Source of the DNA: Acidobacteriota bacterium
Lineage (GTDB): Bacteria > Acidobacteriota > Vicinamibacteria > Vicinamibacterales > UBA2999
NCBI GenBank assembly: GCA_013140775.1
Contig: JABFSA010000014.1
Span: 15,376-79,375 of the forward strand
Direction of reading: 5' to 3'
Length of the DNA: 64,000 bases
The position numbers were made by a program, and so were the translations under genes. This document shows positions 1 through 8,342 of this stretch, one piece after another. The notes under the pieces were generated by a model, which was not told the origin of the DNA, searched no databases, and saw nothing but the letters and a program-made list of their open reading frames with translations. How positions within the stretch are numbered: the stretch's first letter is position 1; each line of letters opens with the position of its first letter.

Positions 1-518
1 CAGGCGCAGTACAGGTTGCTGATGGAGTTGCCGACGCCTGCGCCACTTCCAAAGAAGAAGCCCAGCTTGCGGCTCGCCATCGCGTAGCCGGCCGCCACCG
101 CCACCGCGTGCCCCTCGTGGGTGACGTTGATCACCTGGACGTCGCCGGCGGCATCGACCGCCTCCCACAGCGGACCGAACCCGCTGGTGTTCGTATGAAA
201 GAGCATCCGGACGCCGGCCGCCCGGAGCTGTGCGAGGACGGCCCCGGCCGCCGTGCCGTCGTACATCTCGAAGGCCTCGCCGCTCGGCAACGGGTTGGAC
301 ACGACACCCTGCGTCCCCGCCGCCGGAGAGGCTGGGCCTGCGGTCTGCTGCGCAAGCGCGGCGACCGAGGGCGCGCCGAACGCGACGCTGGTCGCCGCGG
401 TCGCGGCGAGAAAGTCCCTGCGGGATACCGGAGCGACGCCCGCCGGCTGCGAGGGAACCGCGGAACGCTCAGCGTCCGCCGAAGGAGTGTCCGATGAAGG
501 TTTCCGGCTGCTGCTCAT
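1..518 (-). CDS. Thiamine-diphosphate-dependent enzyme (benzoylformate decarboxylase/acetolactate synthase-like) with Tat signal peptide; 3' end runs off the window
   Basis: Manual translation from ATG at 518 (AGGAG upstream): MSSSRKP...VSRRDFLAATAATSVAFGAPSVAALAQ...AAGAVLAQLRAAGVRMLFHTNTSGFGPLWEAV...VINVTHEGHAVAVAAGYAMASRK...GAGVGNSISNLYCA. This matches the TPP_enzyme_N pattern including the catalytic HE motif. Absent from the ORF track because it is truncated. Confidence 0.8.
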   Translation of the reverse strand, partial: MSSSRKPSSDTPSADAERSAVPSQPAGVAPVSRRDFLAATAATSVAFGAPSVAALAQQTAGPASPAAGTQGVVSNPLPSGEAFEMYDGTAAGAVLAQLRAAGVRMLFHTNTSGFGPLWEAVDAAGDVQVINVTHEGHAVAVAAGYAMASRKLGFFFGSGAGVGNSISNLYCA

Positions 519-611
519 CGCGTCTCCTGACCTTGGTGATACGGTCGCAGGCGCAGCTTAGGACTCCTGCGCTGGCCTGTCAATCGCTGTTGGGTTTACA
601 CTGTGGCGCTT

Positions 612-1445
612 ATGCGTTTCATTGCACCAGCCCTGCTCGCCCTCGCGACAGCCGTGACTGCCGCTTCCTTCGCTCCCGCACTGGCCGCGCAAGCCCCGGC
701 CCAGGCGTATGTCCCCGCGCGCACCCCCGACGGCTACCCGAACGTCGAGGGCGTGTGGCGTGCCTGGAACCTCGCGAAGTTCGATCTCGAAGACCATGGT
801 GCCAGGCCCGGGATTCCCGCCGGCCGCGGGTTCGTCGTCGATCCGCCTGACGGCAGGATTCCGTACCGACCCGAGATGCTGGCACGGCGCCAGAAGAACT
901 ACGAAGGCACGCTGACGCCGGACCCGCTTGCGAACACGGATCCACTGGCCAAGTGCTACATGCCCGGCGTTCCGCGGCTGACCTATCTCGGGTGGCCGTT
1001 TCAGATTATCCAGGACCAGCGGGACGTCAACTTCACGTACGAGTGGAGCCACAAGAAGCGGATCGTCCCGATTGGTGACACCAGTCCCCTGCCCGATCCG
1101 GACGGCGGCCTGAACCTGCGGTGGAACGGCATGGCCCGCGGCCGCTATGACGGCAACTCGCTCGTCGTCACGCTCGGGAATTTCAACGGGTACACCTGGT
1201 TCGACATGGCCGGCAACTTCCACAGCGATGCGCTCACCGTCGTGGAGCGGTACACGCCGGTTGGTCCCGACACCTTGCAGTACGAGGCCACGATGACCGA
1301 TCCGAAGGTGTTCACCCGCCCGTGGACGATCCGCATGGTGCTGCAGCGCCAGAAGGAGGTCGGCCTGCTCGATTACGAGTGCACCGCGATGCTCGACGAC
1401 CTCGGTATTGGTCACACGTTCCCGAGAGACTTCGATGTTCAGTAG
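612..1445 (+). CDS. Secreted DUF6152-associated 'large partner' protein, subfamily I
   Basis: Sec signal (ALA-AQ); RTPDGYPNVEGVW, DPPDGRIPY, DPLAKC, GRYDGNSLVV, DPKVFTRPW, C-terminal YEC. Confidence 0.8.
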   Translation: MRFIAPALLALATAVTAASFAPALAAQAPAQAYVPARTPDGYPNVEGVWRAWNLAKFDLEDHGARPGIPAGRGFVVDPPDGRIPYRPEMLARRQKNYEGTLTPDPLANTDPLAKCYMPGVPRLTYLGWPFQIIQDQRDVNFTYEWSHKKRIVPIGDTSPLPDPDGGLNLRWNGMARGRYDGNSLVVTLGNFNGYTWFDMAGNFHSDALTVVERYTPVGPDTLQYEATMTDPKVFTRPWTIRMVLQRQKEVGLLDYECTAMLDDLGIGHTFPRDFDVQ

Positions 1446-1461
1446 CCACGCAAGGAGCACC

Positions 1462-2406
1462 ATGAAGGTTCAATCTTCCGTCGCACTGTCGATCGCACTG
1501 GTCACGACCGGGCTGGTTGTCATGTCCGTGCCCGCCTTGGCCCAGGGACGCGGAGGAGGCGGACGCGGGGGCGGCGCGCCGAGGGTGGCGCCGGCGCTCC
1601 CGCCTGCCGGTCCGATTCCGCGCACCGCGGATGGGAAACCCAACCTTGAAGGGGTCTTCAGCGGCATGGGTTCGGGCCTGACGCATACCGTGATTCTCGA
1701 GACTCACACGTCCGGGTTCGGCATTCGCGGCGGCCCGAGCCTGATCATCGATCCGGCCGACGGCGTCATCCCGTACCAGCCGTGGGCGCTCGTCGAGCGG
1801 AACAAGCGCCGGGAAGACGTGAACGCCTACGAGGATCCCGTCGGCCACTGCGAGTTCTACGACATCGGACGCCTGCACTCGTTCGCGCAGCGTTTCATGT
1901 ACACGGGCGGCAACATCGCGATCGCCGGCCAGGAGCAGATCGTCCGCATCATCGACATGAACCGCAAGCAGCACCTGCCGGCAAGCATCCGTCTCTGGAA
2001 CGGCGATCCGATTGGCCGGTGGGAGGGAGACACGCTGGTCATCGACACGACCAATTTCAACGGCAGGACGCGCATGGCGCTCGGCGGCGACTTCTACAGC
2101 CCGAACGCCCAGACGGTCGAGCGTTACACGATGAAGGATTCGAACACCATCACGTGGACGATGACCATCACCGATCCGACGGTGTTCACGCGTCCGTGGA
2201 CGTTTACGACCGCAGCGCCGATGACGCGGCAGGTCGAAGGCAGCAACGACTGGAGCCGCGCGTTACGGCTCCTCGACCCGGCGTGGGAACACGACTGTCA
2301 TGAAGGCAACGTCGTCCTGCGCCACATGCGGAACGTCTACGACAAGGCGTACGGCGGCAAGTGGCGTCAGCAGACCGTCCCGGGATCGGTCCCAGCCGCG
2401 CCGTAA
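1462..2406 (+). CDS. Secreted DUF6152-associated 'large partner' protein, subfamily I (tandem paralog)
   Basis: AAGGAG RBS; signal peptide; RTADGKPNLEGVF, DPADGVIPY, DPVGHC, GRWEGDTLVIDTTNF, DPTVFTRPW, HDCHEGN. Confidence 0.8.
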   Translation: MKVQSSVALSIALVTTGLVVMSVPALAQGRGGGGRGGGAPRVAPALPPAGPIPRTADGKPNLEGVFSGMGSGLTHTVILETHTSGFGIRGGPSLIIDPADGVIPYQPWALVERNKRREDVNAYEDPVGHCEFYDIGRLHSFAQRFMYTGGNIAIAGQEQIVRIIDMNRKQHLPASIRLWNGDPIGRWEGDTLVIDTTNFNGRTRMALGGDFYSPNAQTVERYTMKDSNTITWTMTITDPTVFTRPWTFTTAAPMTRQVEGSNDWSRALRLLDPAWEHDCHEGNVVLRHMRNVYDKAYGGKWRQQTVPGSVPAAP

Positions 2407-2431
2407 CAGATCGGGACCGCCGCGCAGGCGG

Positions 2432-2929
2432 CTACGACTTCTTGTCGTAGATGGCCGTTTCGGTGTCGGAGCTGCCGTCCTGCGTGACAGTCTTCAGGAC
2501 AGTCAGCTCGTTGCCCTTGACCGTCCAGACCTCCCGGAACTCGATCACCGTATCGCCGGCTGGCGAGGAGAACGAGCGCCGCGAGGTGATGACCAGGGTG
2601 GCGCCGTCGAACTTGGCCTCGCCTGTTTCCGTGATGCCCTCGGGGGCGGCCACGTTGACGCGACTCCCATCCAGCTTGAAGACAGCCTTGAACGGATCCT
2701 GTCTGACGCTGGTGCGTTCGACCGTCAATTCGGTCGGCGACTGTGCGATGACCATCTGGCTGGGAAAGGGCACGTCGGCCCCGTTGCCCGCGATGCGCTC
2801 GCCGCTCTTGTCGAAGTTGAGGAGCCATGTCCCTGAGAGGTTCGGCATCGACTGCGCGAACGCCGCGCTCGCGGAAACGAACGTGAGTGCCGCAAACAGA
2901 ATGGTCGCGCGTAACGGCTTTCTGTTCAT
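2432..2929 (-). CDS. Secreted hypothetical protein, probable lipocalin-like beta-barrel
   Basis: Signal peptide AFA-Q then PNLSGTW; alternating beta-strand pattern; TACACT just upstream of ATG. Confidence 0.7.
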   Translation of the reverse strand: MNRKPLRATILFAALTFVSASAAFAQSMPNLSGTWLLNFDKSGERIAGNGADVPFPSQMVIAQSPTELTVERTSVRQDPFKAVFKLDGSRVNVAAPEGITETGEAKFDGATLVITSRRSFSSPAGDTVIEFREVWTVKGNELTVLKTVTQDGSSDTETAIYDKKS

Positions 2930-2976
2930 AGGGGCTGAGTGTACACCCGGTCGTCTCGGGTGACGACACCTGCGCT

Positions 2977-3864
2977 CTACGCCGCCCTGCCCTCGCCGAC
3001 GAACCACTCGTAGATCTCCGCTCCAGTCATGAACACCACGCCCGGCTGCGCGGCGAGGTGACGATAGAGCTTTTCGAGATGCACGAAGCGGTGCGGCTGC
3101 CCTGACAAATAAGGATGCAGCGGGATTGCCATGATCTTGGCGCGCGAGGCGCCTTCCTTGTGGAGCTGCGTGAACTGATCGACACCGCGCTCATAGAAGT
3201 GCTTCCCCTCGTGCTGAGCAAGCCCCAGCACGGTGATGTCATTCATGTCGAAGGTGTACGGCAGGGTCACCATGTTGCCGCGCGTCGTCTTGATCCAGGA
3301 CGGCTCGTCGTCATGGACATAGTCGGCCGTGTATTTGAGTCCCGCCGCCGCGAGGTGATCGGGCGTCTCGAAGGTCTGCGTCATGCCCGGCGCGAGCCAT
3401 CCGATCGGACGCGTTCCCACCGCTGCCTCGATCGTGTCCAGCGCCTCCTTGATGAAGGCCGGCTGGTCCTCTACCGTCTGCATCGGGCGCTGCTCGTGCC
3501 CGTGGGCGATGAACTCCCATCCGTCAGCCTTTGCCGCAGCGACGATCTGTGGGTAGACGTCGCACACGCGCCCATTGATCGCCGCCGTGGGCGTGATGCC
3601 GAGTGCACGGAAGAGTTCGAAGAAGCGCCAGACGCCGACGCGCATCCCGTACTCGTGCCACGCCCAGTTCGGCACGTCCGGAAGCTGAGGCAGTCCCATC
3701 GGCGGTGTGAGCACCGTCCGCGGCATCGGCCGCGCGATGTCCCAGACTTCCAGGTTGACCACCGTCCACACCGCTACCTGCGCGCCGCCAGGAAGTGTGA
3801 GAGACGGCCGTTCAGTGATCGGCGAATAGGGCAACCGCTCGTGCGGCCGCATGGGCTCGGTCAT
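2977..3864 (-). CDS. Polysaccharide deacetylase family protein (PuuE/allantoinase-like CE4)
   Basis: VVNLEVW, WHEYGMRVGVWR, AHGHEQ, IGWLAPG, IPLHPYLSGQPHR motifs. Confidence 0.85.
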   Translation of the reverse strand: MTEPMRPHERLPYSPITERPSLTLPGGAQVAVWTVVNLEVWDIARPMPRTVLTPPMGLPQLPDVPNWAWHEYGMRVGVWRFFELFRALGITPTAAINGRVCDVYPQIVAAAKADGWEFIAHGHEQRPMQTVEDQPAFIKEALDTIEAAVGTRPIGWLAPGMTQTFETPDHLAAAGLKYTADYVHDDEPSWIKTTRGNMVTLPYTFDMNDITVLGLAQHEGKHFYERGVDQFTQLHKEGASRAKIMAIPLHPYLSGQPHRFVHLEKLYRHLAAQPGVVFMTGAEIYEWFVGEGRAA

Positions 3865-3999
3865 GATCTTGTCTCGCAACAAACTTAGAGTTGGTTACGC
3901 TCCGGAGGAGGTTCGGCGTAAGACGTTTGTCAAGTAGCGCGGACGATCGGGGCCGCTTTCTCACGTCGGCGTGAGCCCCAAAACCCCATGCCAGTGACG

Positions 4000-4185
4000 T
4001 CACTTGCTCTCTTCCAAGACCTGGACCGCGAGCTCACGACTCACGGTCGGAAAGCCCTCGAGAAAGTCGTCCAACGAGTCGCCGTTCTCGAGGTAGTCGA
4101 AGAGCATCTTCACGGGAACCCGAGTCCCCCGAAAGACGGGCACCCCGTGCATCACCTCCCGATCGCTTGTGATGGCTTCCTGCAT
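4000..4185 (-). CDS. DUF433 family antitoxin-like protein (VapB45 type), no intact toxin partner
   Basis: MQEAITSDREVMHGVPVFRGTRVPVKMLFDYLENGDSLDDFLEGFPTVSRE is the DUF433 pattern (GxPVFxGTRVPV...FPxVS). Confidence 0.85.
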   Translation of the reverse strand: MQEAITSDREVMHGVPVFRGTRVPVKMLFDYLENGDSLDDFLEGFPTVSRELAVQVLEESK

Positions 4186-4309
4186 GGCGTCATTGTCGCT
4201 CAAGACCCGGCGGCGGACACCTGTCCCGCCGCCTCCACTGTCTTTCCACAACCCGGCGAACGCGGTGCGACCGGTTGACACCGGCTCGCCTGGAGCGGAC
4301 GATGGTTTT

Positions 4310-5872
4310 ATGGGTCGCGCGCTGCTCGTTGCAACGTTGCTGGTCATGGGCTCGTCGGCGGCGTCTGCCCAGGCGTTGAGCACGCTCCACGTCACGGTCA
4401 AGCTGACTGACGCCGGCGGCAAGGTGACGCCGGTGGCACGCCACGCGCTGCTCATCAGCGAAGAGCCGCCAAGCGCGCCGCCCCGACGCATCTTCACCAC
4501 GCTGGCTGGCACAGCCGACGTCTCGCTGCGTCCCGGACGTTATGCCGTGGAGTCCGATCAGCCAGTGGCGTTCGAGGGCAGACGCTATGAATGGACGCAG
4601 CGCATTGACATCGTCGCGGGCCGTGATGCCACGCTCGAACTGACAGCCGACAACGCATCGGTCGTTACAGGTACAGCGGGTGCAACATCGGCCACACCTT
4701 CCGGCACGGACCCTTCGTTTCTCGCATCTCAGTGGCAAGGGAGTGTCGTCGGGTTGTGGACGCCGACCCAGCACGCGTCTGGATTTCTCATCGATGCTCG
4801 GGGCCTGATCGTCACCAGTCAGCGCGTCGTCGGCAGCGCGACGTCCGCCGAGGCGCAGTTCACCGATATCAAGGTACGGGCGACCGTCCTCGCAGTGGAT
4901 CCCGTGCGCGACGTTGCCATCCTCTGGATCAATCCGTCGATCGTCACATCAGTGCGGCCGCTGCCGCTCGGGTGCGGCCAGACACGGCCGGCGGTGGCGA
5001 ACGGGCAGGAGCTGTCCGCCATCGGCGCGGAGATGACAGGGCAAAAGCGTCTGACGTTTGGGGACGTGACTGGCGTCGGACCACGTCTGCTTCTGTCGGA
5101 TCTGACGGTCGTGCGCGCAAGTGCCGGGGGACCGGTGTTCACGGCGGGTGGCCTGATTGGATTCACCACGGTCGATGATCGGGATCCGGATAGCCGTTCG
5201 AATGCGCGGGTTGTCAGGATCGACCAGGCCTGCGAAGTGATCGCATCGGCGGAGAAGAAGATCACCGGGGCGATGTCGCCAGACGCGACGCCCCTGCCGC
5301 TCGACCCGCCGTCGGTTTCCGTCAATGCGCTCAGCGAGGCGGTGAAGAATCGCGCCGGCAGCCTGAGTCCGTACCCGATGGCCACAACCGACTTTGACGT
5401 CGCGTTTATCACGCCGGTTCACATCTACGGCGCGAAGGATCAGGCGCGGCGTCCGGTGATGGACTTCGGCGACTGGTCGGAATATGTTGCCGCGTATCCG
5501 CGCGCGCTCTTCGTGCGCGTCACGCCCAGGATGGTGGAGGGGCTGTGGGCCAAGGTGGCGCGCGGCGCGGCGATGACGCAAGGGATATCGCTGCCGCCGA
5601 TGAAGCGCGCGAAGTCAGGGTTCTTGTGGATGCGTGCCTTCTGCGGCGACACGGAGGTGGCCCCGATCCACCCGTTCGTGGTCGAACACCGCATCTCGGA
5701 GTCCGAGGCCATCTACGAAGGGCTCTATGTGTTTGATCCTGATACGTTCGGTCCGCTGTGCGCCACGGTGAAACTGACGTTCTATTCGGAAGACGAACCC
5801 GACAAAGGCGACACTCGCGTCATCGATCAGAAGCTGCTGCAGCAGATCACACGGGACTTCGCGCCGTTATGA
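4310..5872 (+). CDS. Secreted trypsin-like (S1C/Trypsin_2) domain protein with N-terminal Ig-like domain; catalytic His and Ser apparently substituted
   Basis: Signal peptide; ASGFLIDARGLIVTSQRVV, RDVAILWI, RASAGGPVF. Confidence 0.7.
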   Translation: MGRALLVATLLVMGSSAASAQALSTLHVTVKLTDAGGKVTPVARHALLISEEPPSAPPRRIFTTLAGTADVSLRPGRYAVESDQPVAFEGRRYEWTQRIDIVAGRDATLELTADNASVVTGTAGATSATPSGTDPSFLASQWQGSVVGLWTPTQHASGFLIDARGLIVTSQRVVGSATSAEAQFTDIKVRATVLAVDPVRDVAILWINPSIVTSVRPLPLGCGQTRPAVANGQELSAIGAEMTGQKRLTFGDVTGVGPRLLLSDLTVVRASAGGPVFTAGGLIGFTTVDDRDPDSRSNARVVRIDQACEVIASAEKKITGAMSPDATPLPLDPPSVSVNALSEAVKNRAGSLSPYPMATTDFDVAFITPVHIYGAKDQARRPVMDFGDWSEYVAAYPRALFVRVTPRMVEGLWAKVARGAAMTQGISLPPMKRAKSGFLWMRAFCGDTEVAPIHPFVVEHRISESEAIYEGLYVFDPDTFGPLCATVKLTFYSEDEPDKGDTRVIDQKLLQQITRDFAPL

Positions 5873-5964
5873 TCACGATCGACGGCACCGCTGGCTGACA
5901 CGCGATCAGTGTAGCCGCCACGCCCACTTCCCCACCCTTGTGGTACCATCCGCCGTTCGCCTGC

Positions 5965-8148
5965 ATGAAACTGGGACTCCCCGTCGTCGCAGTCGTCCTC
6001 GCCGCCGCGCTCCCGGTAGCCGGGCAGTCCGTTCCCATCGACCACAACGCGATTCGTGCCAGTCGGGTTGCGACAGCCGTGCGCATCACGGAGCCGATCA
6101 TGCTCGATGGGCGGCTGGATGAAGAGGTCTGGAACCGCGCACCGCTCGCGGGCGACTTCTATCAGAAGCTGCCGGACAACGGTGCCCCTGCATCCGAACG
6201 AACCGACGTGCGCTTTCTCTATGACGACGACAACCTGTATGTCGGCGTGACGTGCTACGACTCGGAGCCGGACAAGCTGCTCATCAAGGACCTCAAAGAG
6301 GACTTCGACTTCGGCACGACCGACCTGGTGCAGATCTTCATCGACAGCCTCCACGACCGGCGCAGCGGATTCACGTTCGTCGTCAACCCGGCCGGCGCGC
6401 GGCGCGACTCGCAGGTCTCCCTGACGGGAGGCGCCAACATGGACTGGGACGGCGTGTGGGACGCCAAGGTGAGCATGGCCGCCGACGGCGCCTGGTCGAT
6501 CGAGTTCGCCATCCCGTTCAAGACGCTGCGCTTCTCGAGCGCGGAGGTGCAGGAATGGGGCGTGAACGTGAGCCGCAAGATCATGCACCGCAACGAGGAG
6601 AGCAACTGGGCGCCGGTGCCAATCCGGTTCAGCGGGAACCAGGCCGACATGGCGGGCACGCTGCGCGGACTGGAGAATCTCAGCCCGGGCCGTAACCTCA
6701 AGATCAAACCGTTCGTGATCGGCAGCGGTGCGCAGACAGGCATAGGCGGCGCGCGACGAACCAGCTGGGACCGGGACGCGGGGTTCGATCTCAAGTACAG
6801 CCTGACGCCCTCGATGACCTTCGACGGCACGTACCGCACGGACTTTGCGCAGGTGGAGGCCGATCAGCAGCAGGTGAACCTCACCCGCTTCAACCTCTTC
6901 TTCCCCGAGAAGCGGGACTTCTTCCTCGAAAACTCCGGCAACTTCGCATTCGGCGCGGGCAACCGCAACTTCAATAACACCTCGTCGAACCTGGTGCCGT
7001 TCTTCAGCCGCAAAATCGGGCTGAGCTCAACCGGTAACCAGATCCCGATTGTGGGCGGCGGCCGGGTGTCTGGCCAGGTGATGGGCAACGACGTCGGTCT
7101 GCTCGTCATGAAGACCGAGGAGCTTGGAACAACGCCCTCCAACACCTATCTGGTGGGACGCTACAAGCGGAACTTCATGCGTCAGTCGTGGATCGGGGCC
7201 ATCACGACTGATCGGGAGTCTGGCGTTTCAAACGACTACAACCGTGTGTACGGACCGGACGTGCACCTGCAGTTCTTCCAGCGCCTCGAGATCGATGGCT
7301 ACGCCCTGCGGAGCGATACACCGGGCCGCTCGGGCCGCAACATGGCGCGCCAGTTTCTCGCGGCGTGGCGCGATGACGACCTGACGGTCTCAGCCGAGCA
7401 CAATGCGGTGCAGCCCAACTTCAATCCCGAGGTCGGCTTCGTCCGCCGCAGCGACATGTCGCAGTACAGCGGTGACCTCTCGTGGCGGCCGCGGCTCCAG
7501 CGCAGCGACACCATCCGCAACCTCATCTTCAGCTCGGCCCTCGACTACTTCGAGAACGGCGACGGCGTCATGGAAACGCGAACCCAGGAAGGCACGGTGG
7601 GCATGCAGTTGGAGAACAACGGCTCGCTGAACTTCACGGCGAACCAGACGTTCGACCGCCTCGTTCGACCGTTCGCGATCCGCCCGGGAGTCTCCCTCCC
7701 GGTGGGCGACTATCGATATACGCGTTACACAGCGAGCATCAACAGCGGCAACAACCGCAAGGTTGGCGTGACCGGCAACACGAGCTGGGGTGAGTTCTGG
7801 AGCGGTCACAATCGCTCGTACACGGCCAACCTCGACATCCGCCCCAACTATCACCTGAACGTGGACCTGACCTACAGCCGCAACGAGGTCACGCTCCCAC
7901 AGGGCGACTTCACCACGGGGCTGGTGGGCGCACGCATCCTCTACGGCCTCAACCCGCGCGCCTTCTTCAACGCGTTCCTCCAGTACAACCGGGATACGCA
8001 CCAGATCAGCTCCAACCTCCGCTTCAACTTCACGCATCATCCGCTCAGCGATATTTACGTCGTCTACAACGATCGCCGCGACACCACGAGCGGCGACGTA
8101 CTCGAACGAGCGGTCATCCTGAAGGTCACCAACCTCTTCAGCTTCTGA
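5965..8148 (+). CDS. CBM9/DOMON-like + DUF5916 outer-membrane protein
   Basis: LDGRLDEEVW, TDVRFLYDDDNLY, WSIEFAIPFKTLRF, TDFAQVEADQQQVNLTRFNLFFPEKRDFFLE; C-terminal Phe. Confidence 0.85.
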   Translation: MKLGLPVVAVVLAAALPVAGQSVPIDHNAIRASRVATAVRITEPIMLDGRLDEEVWNRAPLAGDFYQKLPDNGAPASERTDVRFLYDDDNLYVGVTCYDSEPDKLLIKDLKEDFDFGTTDLVQIFIDSLHDRRSGFTFVVNPAGARRDSQVSLTGGANMDWDGVWDAKVSMAADGAWSIEFAIPFKTLRFSSAEVQEWGVNVSRKIMHRNEESNWAPVPIRFSGNQADMAGTLRGLENLSPGRNLKIKPFVIGSGAQTGIGGARRTSWDRDAGFDLKYSLTPSMTFDGTYRTDFAQVEADQQQVNLTRFNLFFPEKRDFFLENSGNFAFGAGNRNFNNTSSNLVPFFSRKIGLSSTGNQIPIVGGGRVSGQVMGNDVGLLVMKTEELGTTPSNTYLVGRYKRNFMRQSWIGAITTDRESGVSNDYNRVYGPDVHLQFFQRLEIDGYALRSDTPGRSGRNMARQFLAAWRDDDLTVSAEHNAVQPNFNPEVGFVRRSDMSQYSGDLSWRPRLQRSDTIRNLIFSSALDYFENGDGVMETRTQEGTVGMQLENNGSLNFTANQTFDRLVRPFAIRPGVSLPVGDYRYTRYTASINSGNNRKVGVTGNTSWGEFWSGHNRSYTANLDIRPNYHLNVDLTYSRNEVTLPQGDFTTGLVGARILYGLNPRAFFNAFLQYNRDTHQISSNLRFNFTHHPLSDIYVVYNDRRDTTSGDVLERAVILKVTNLFSF

Positions 8149-8159
8149 GGACGGCAGAG

Positions 8160-8294
8160 GCGCGGCTAAAGCCGCGCACTACGAGGACAACCACGAAGCG
8201 ACGAAGGGAACGAAGGAAAATATCCAAGAATCTTCGTGCTCTTCGTGTCTTCGTGGTTAGCTGGTGCGAGGCGCGGCTCAAGCCGCGCACTACG
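8160..8294. repeat. Composite repeat: two GTAG-type REP palindromes (8160-8183, 8271-8294) flanking an inverted 3x9-mer hairpin (8189-8258)
   Basis: GCGCGGCT-AA-AGCCGCGC-ACTACG and GCGCGGCT-CA-AGCCGCGC-ACTACG; between them AACCACGAAG.CGACGAAG.GGAACGAAG...CTTCGTG.CTCTTCGTG.TCTTCGTGGTT. Confidence 0.85.
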
Positions 8295-8342
8295 ACCGCG
8301 GGTTACACTCGGTCGCGTCGATTCGTCAGTCAGGAGATAGCG

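Noticed and set aside
8160-8294. Repeat-spacer-repeat pattern as a CRISPR array
   Set aside because: Only two copies, the 'spacer' is itself a repeated hairpin, copies are dispersed, and there are no cas genes
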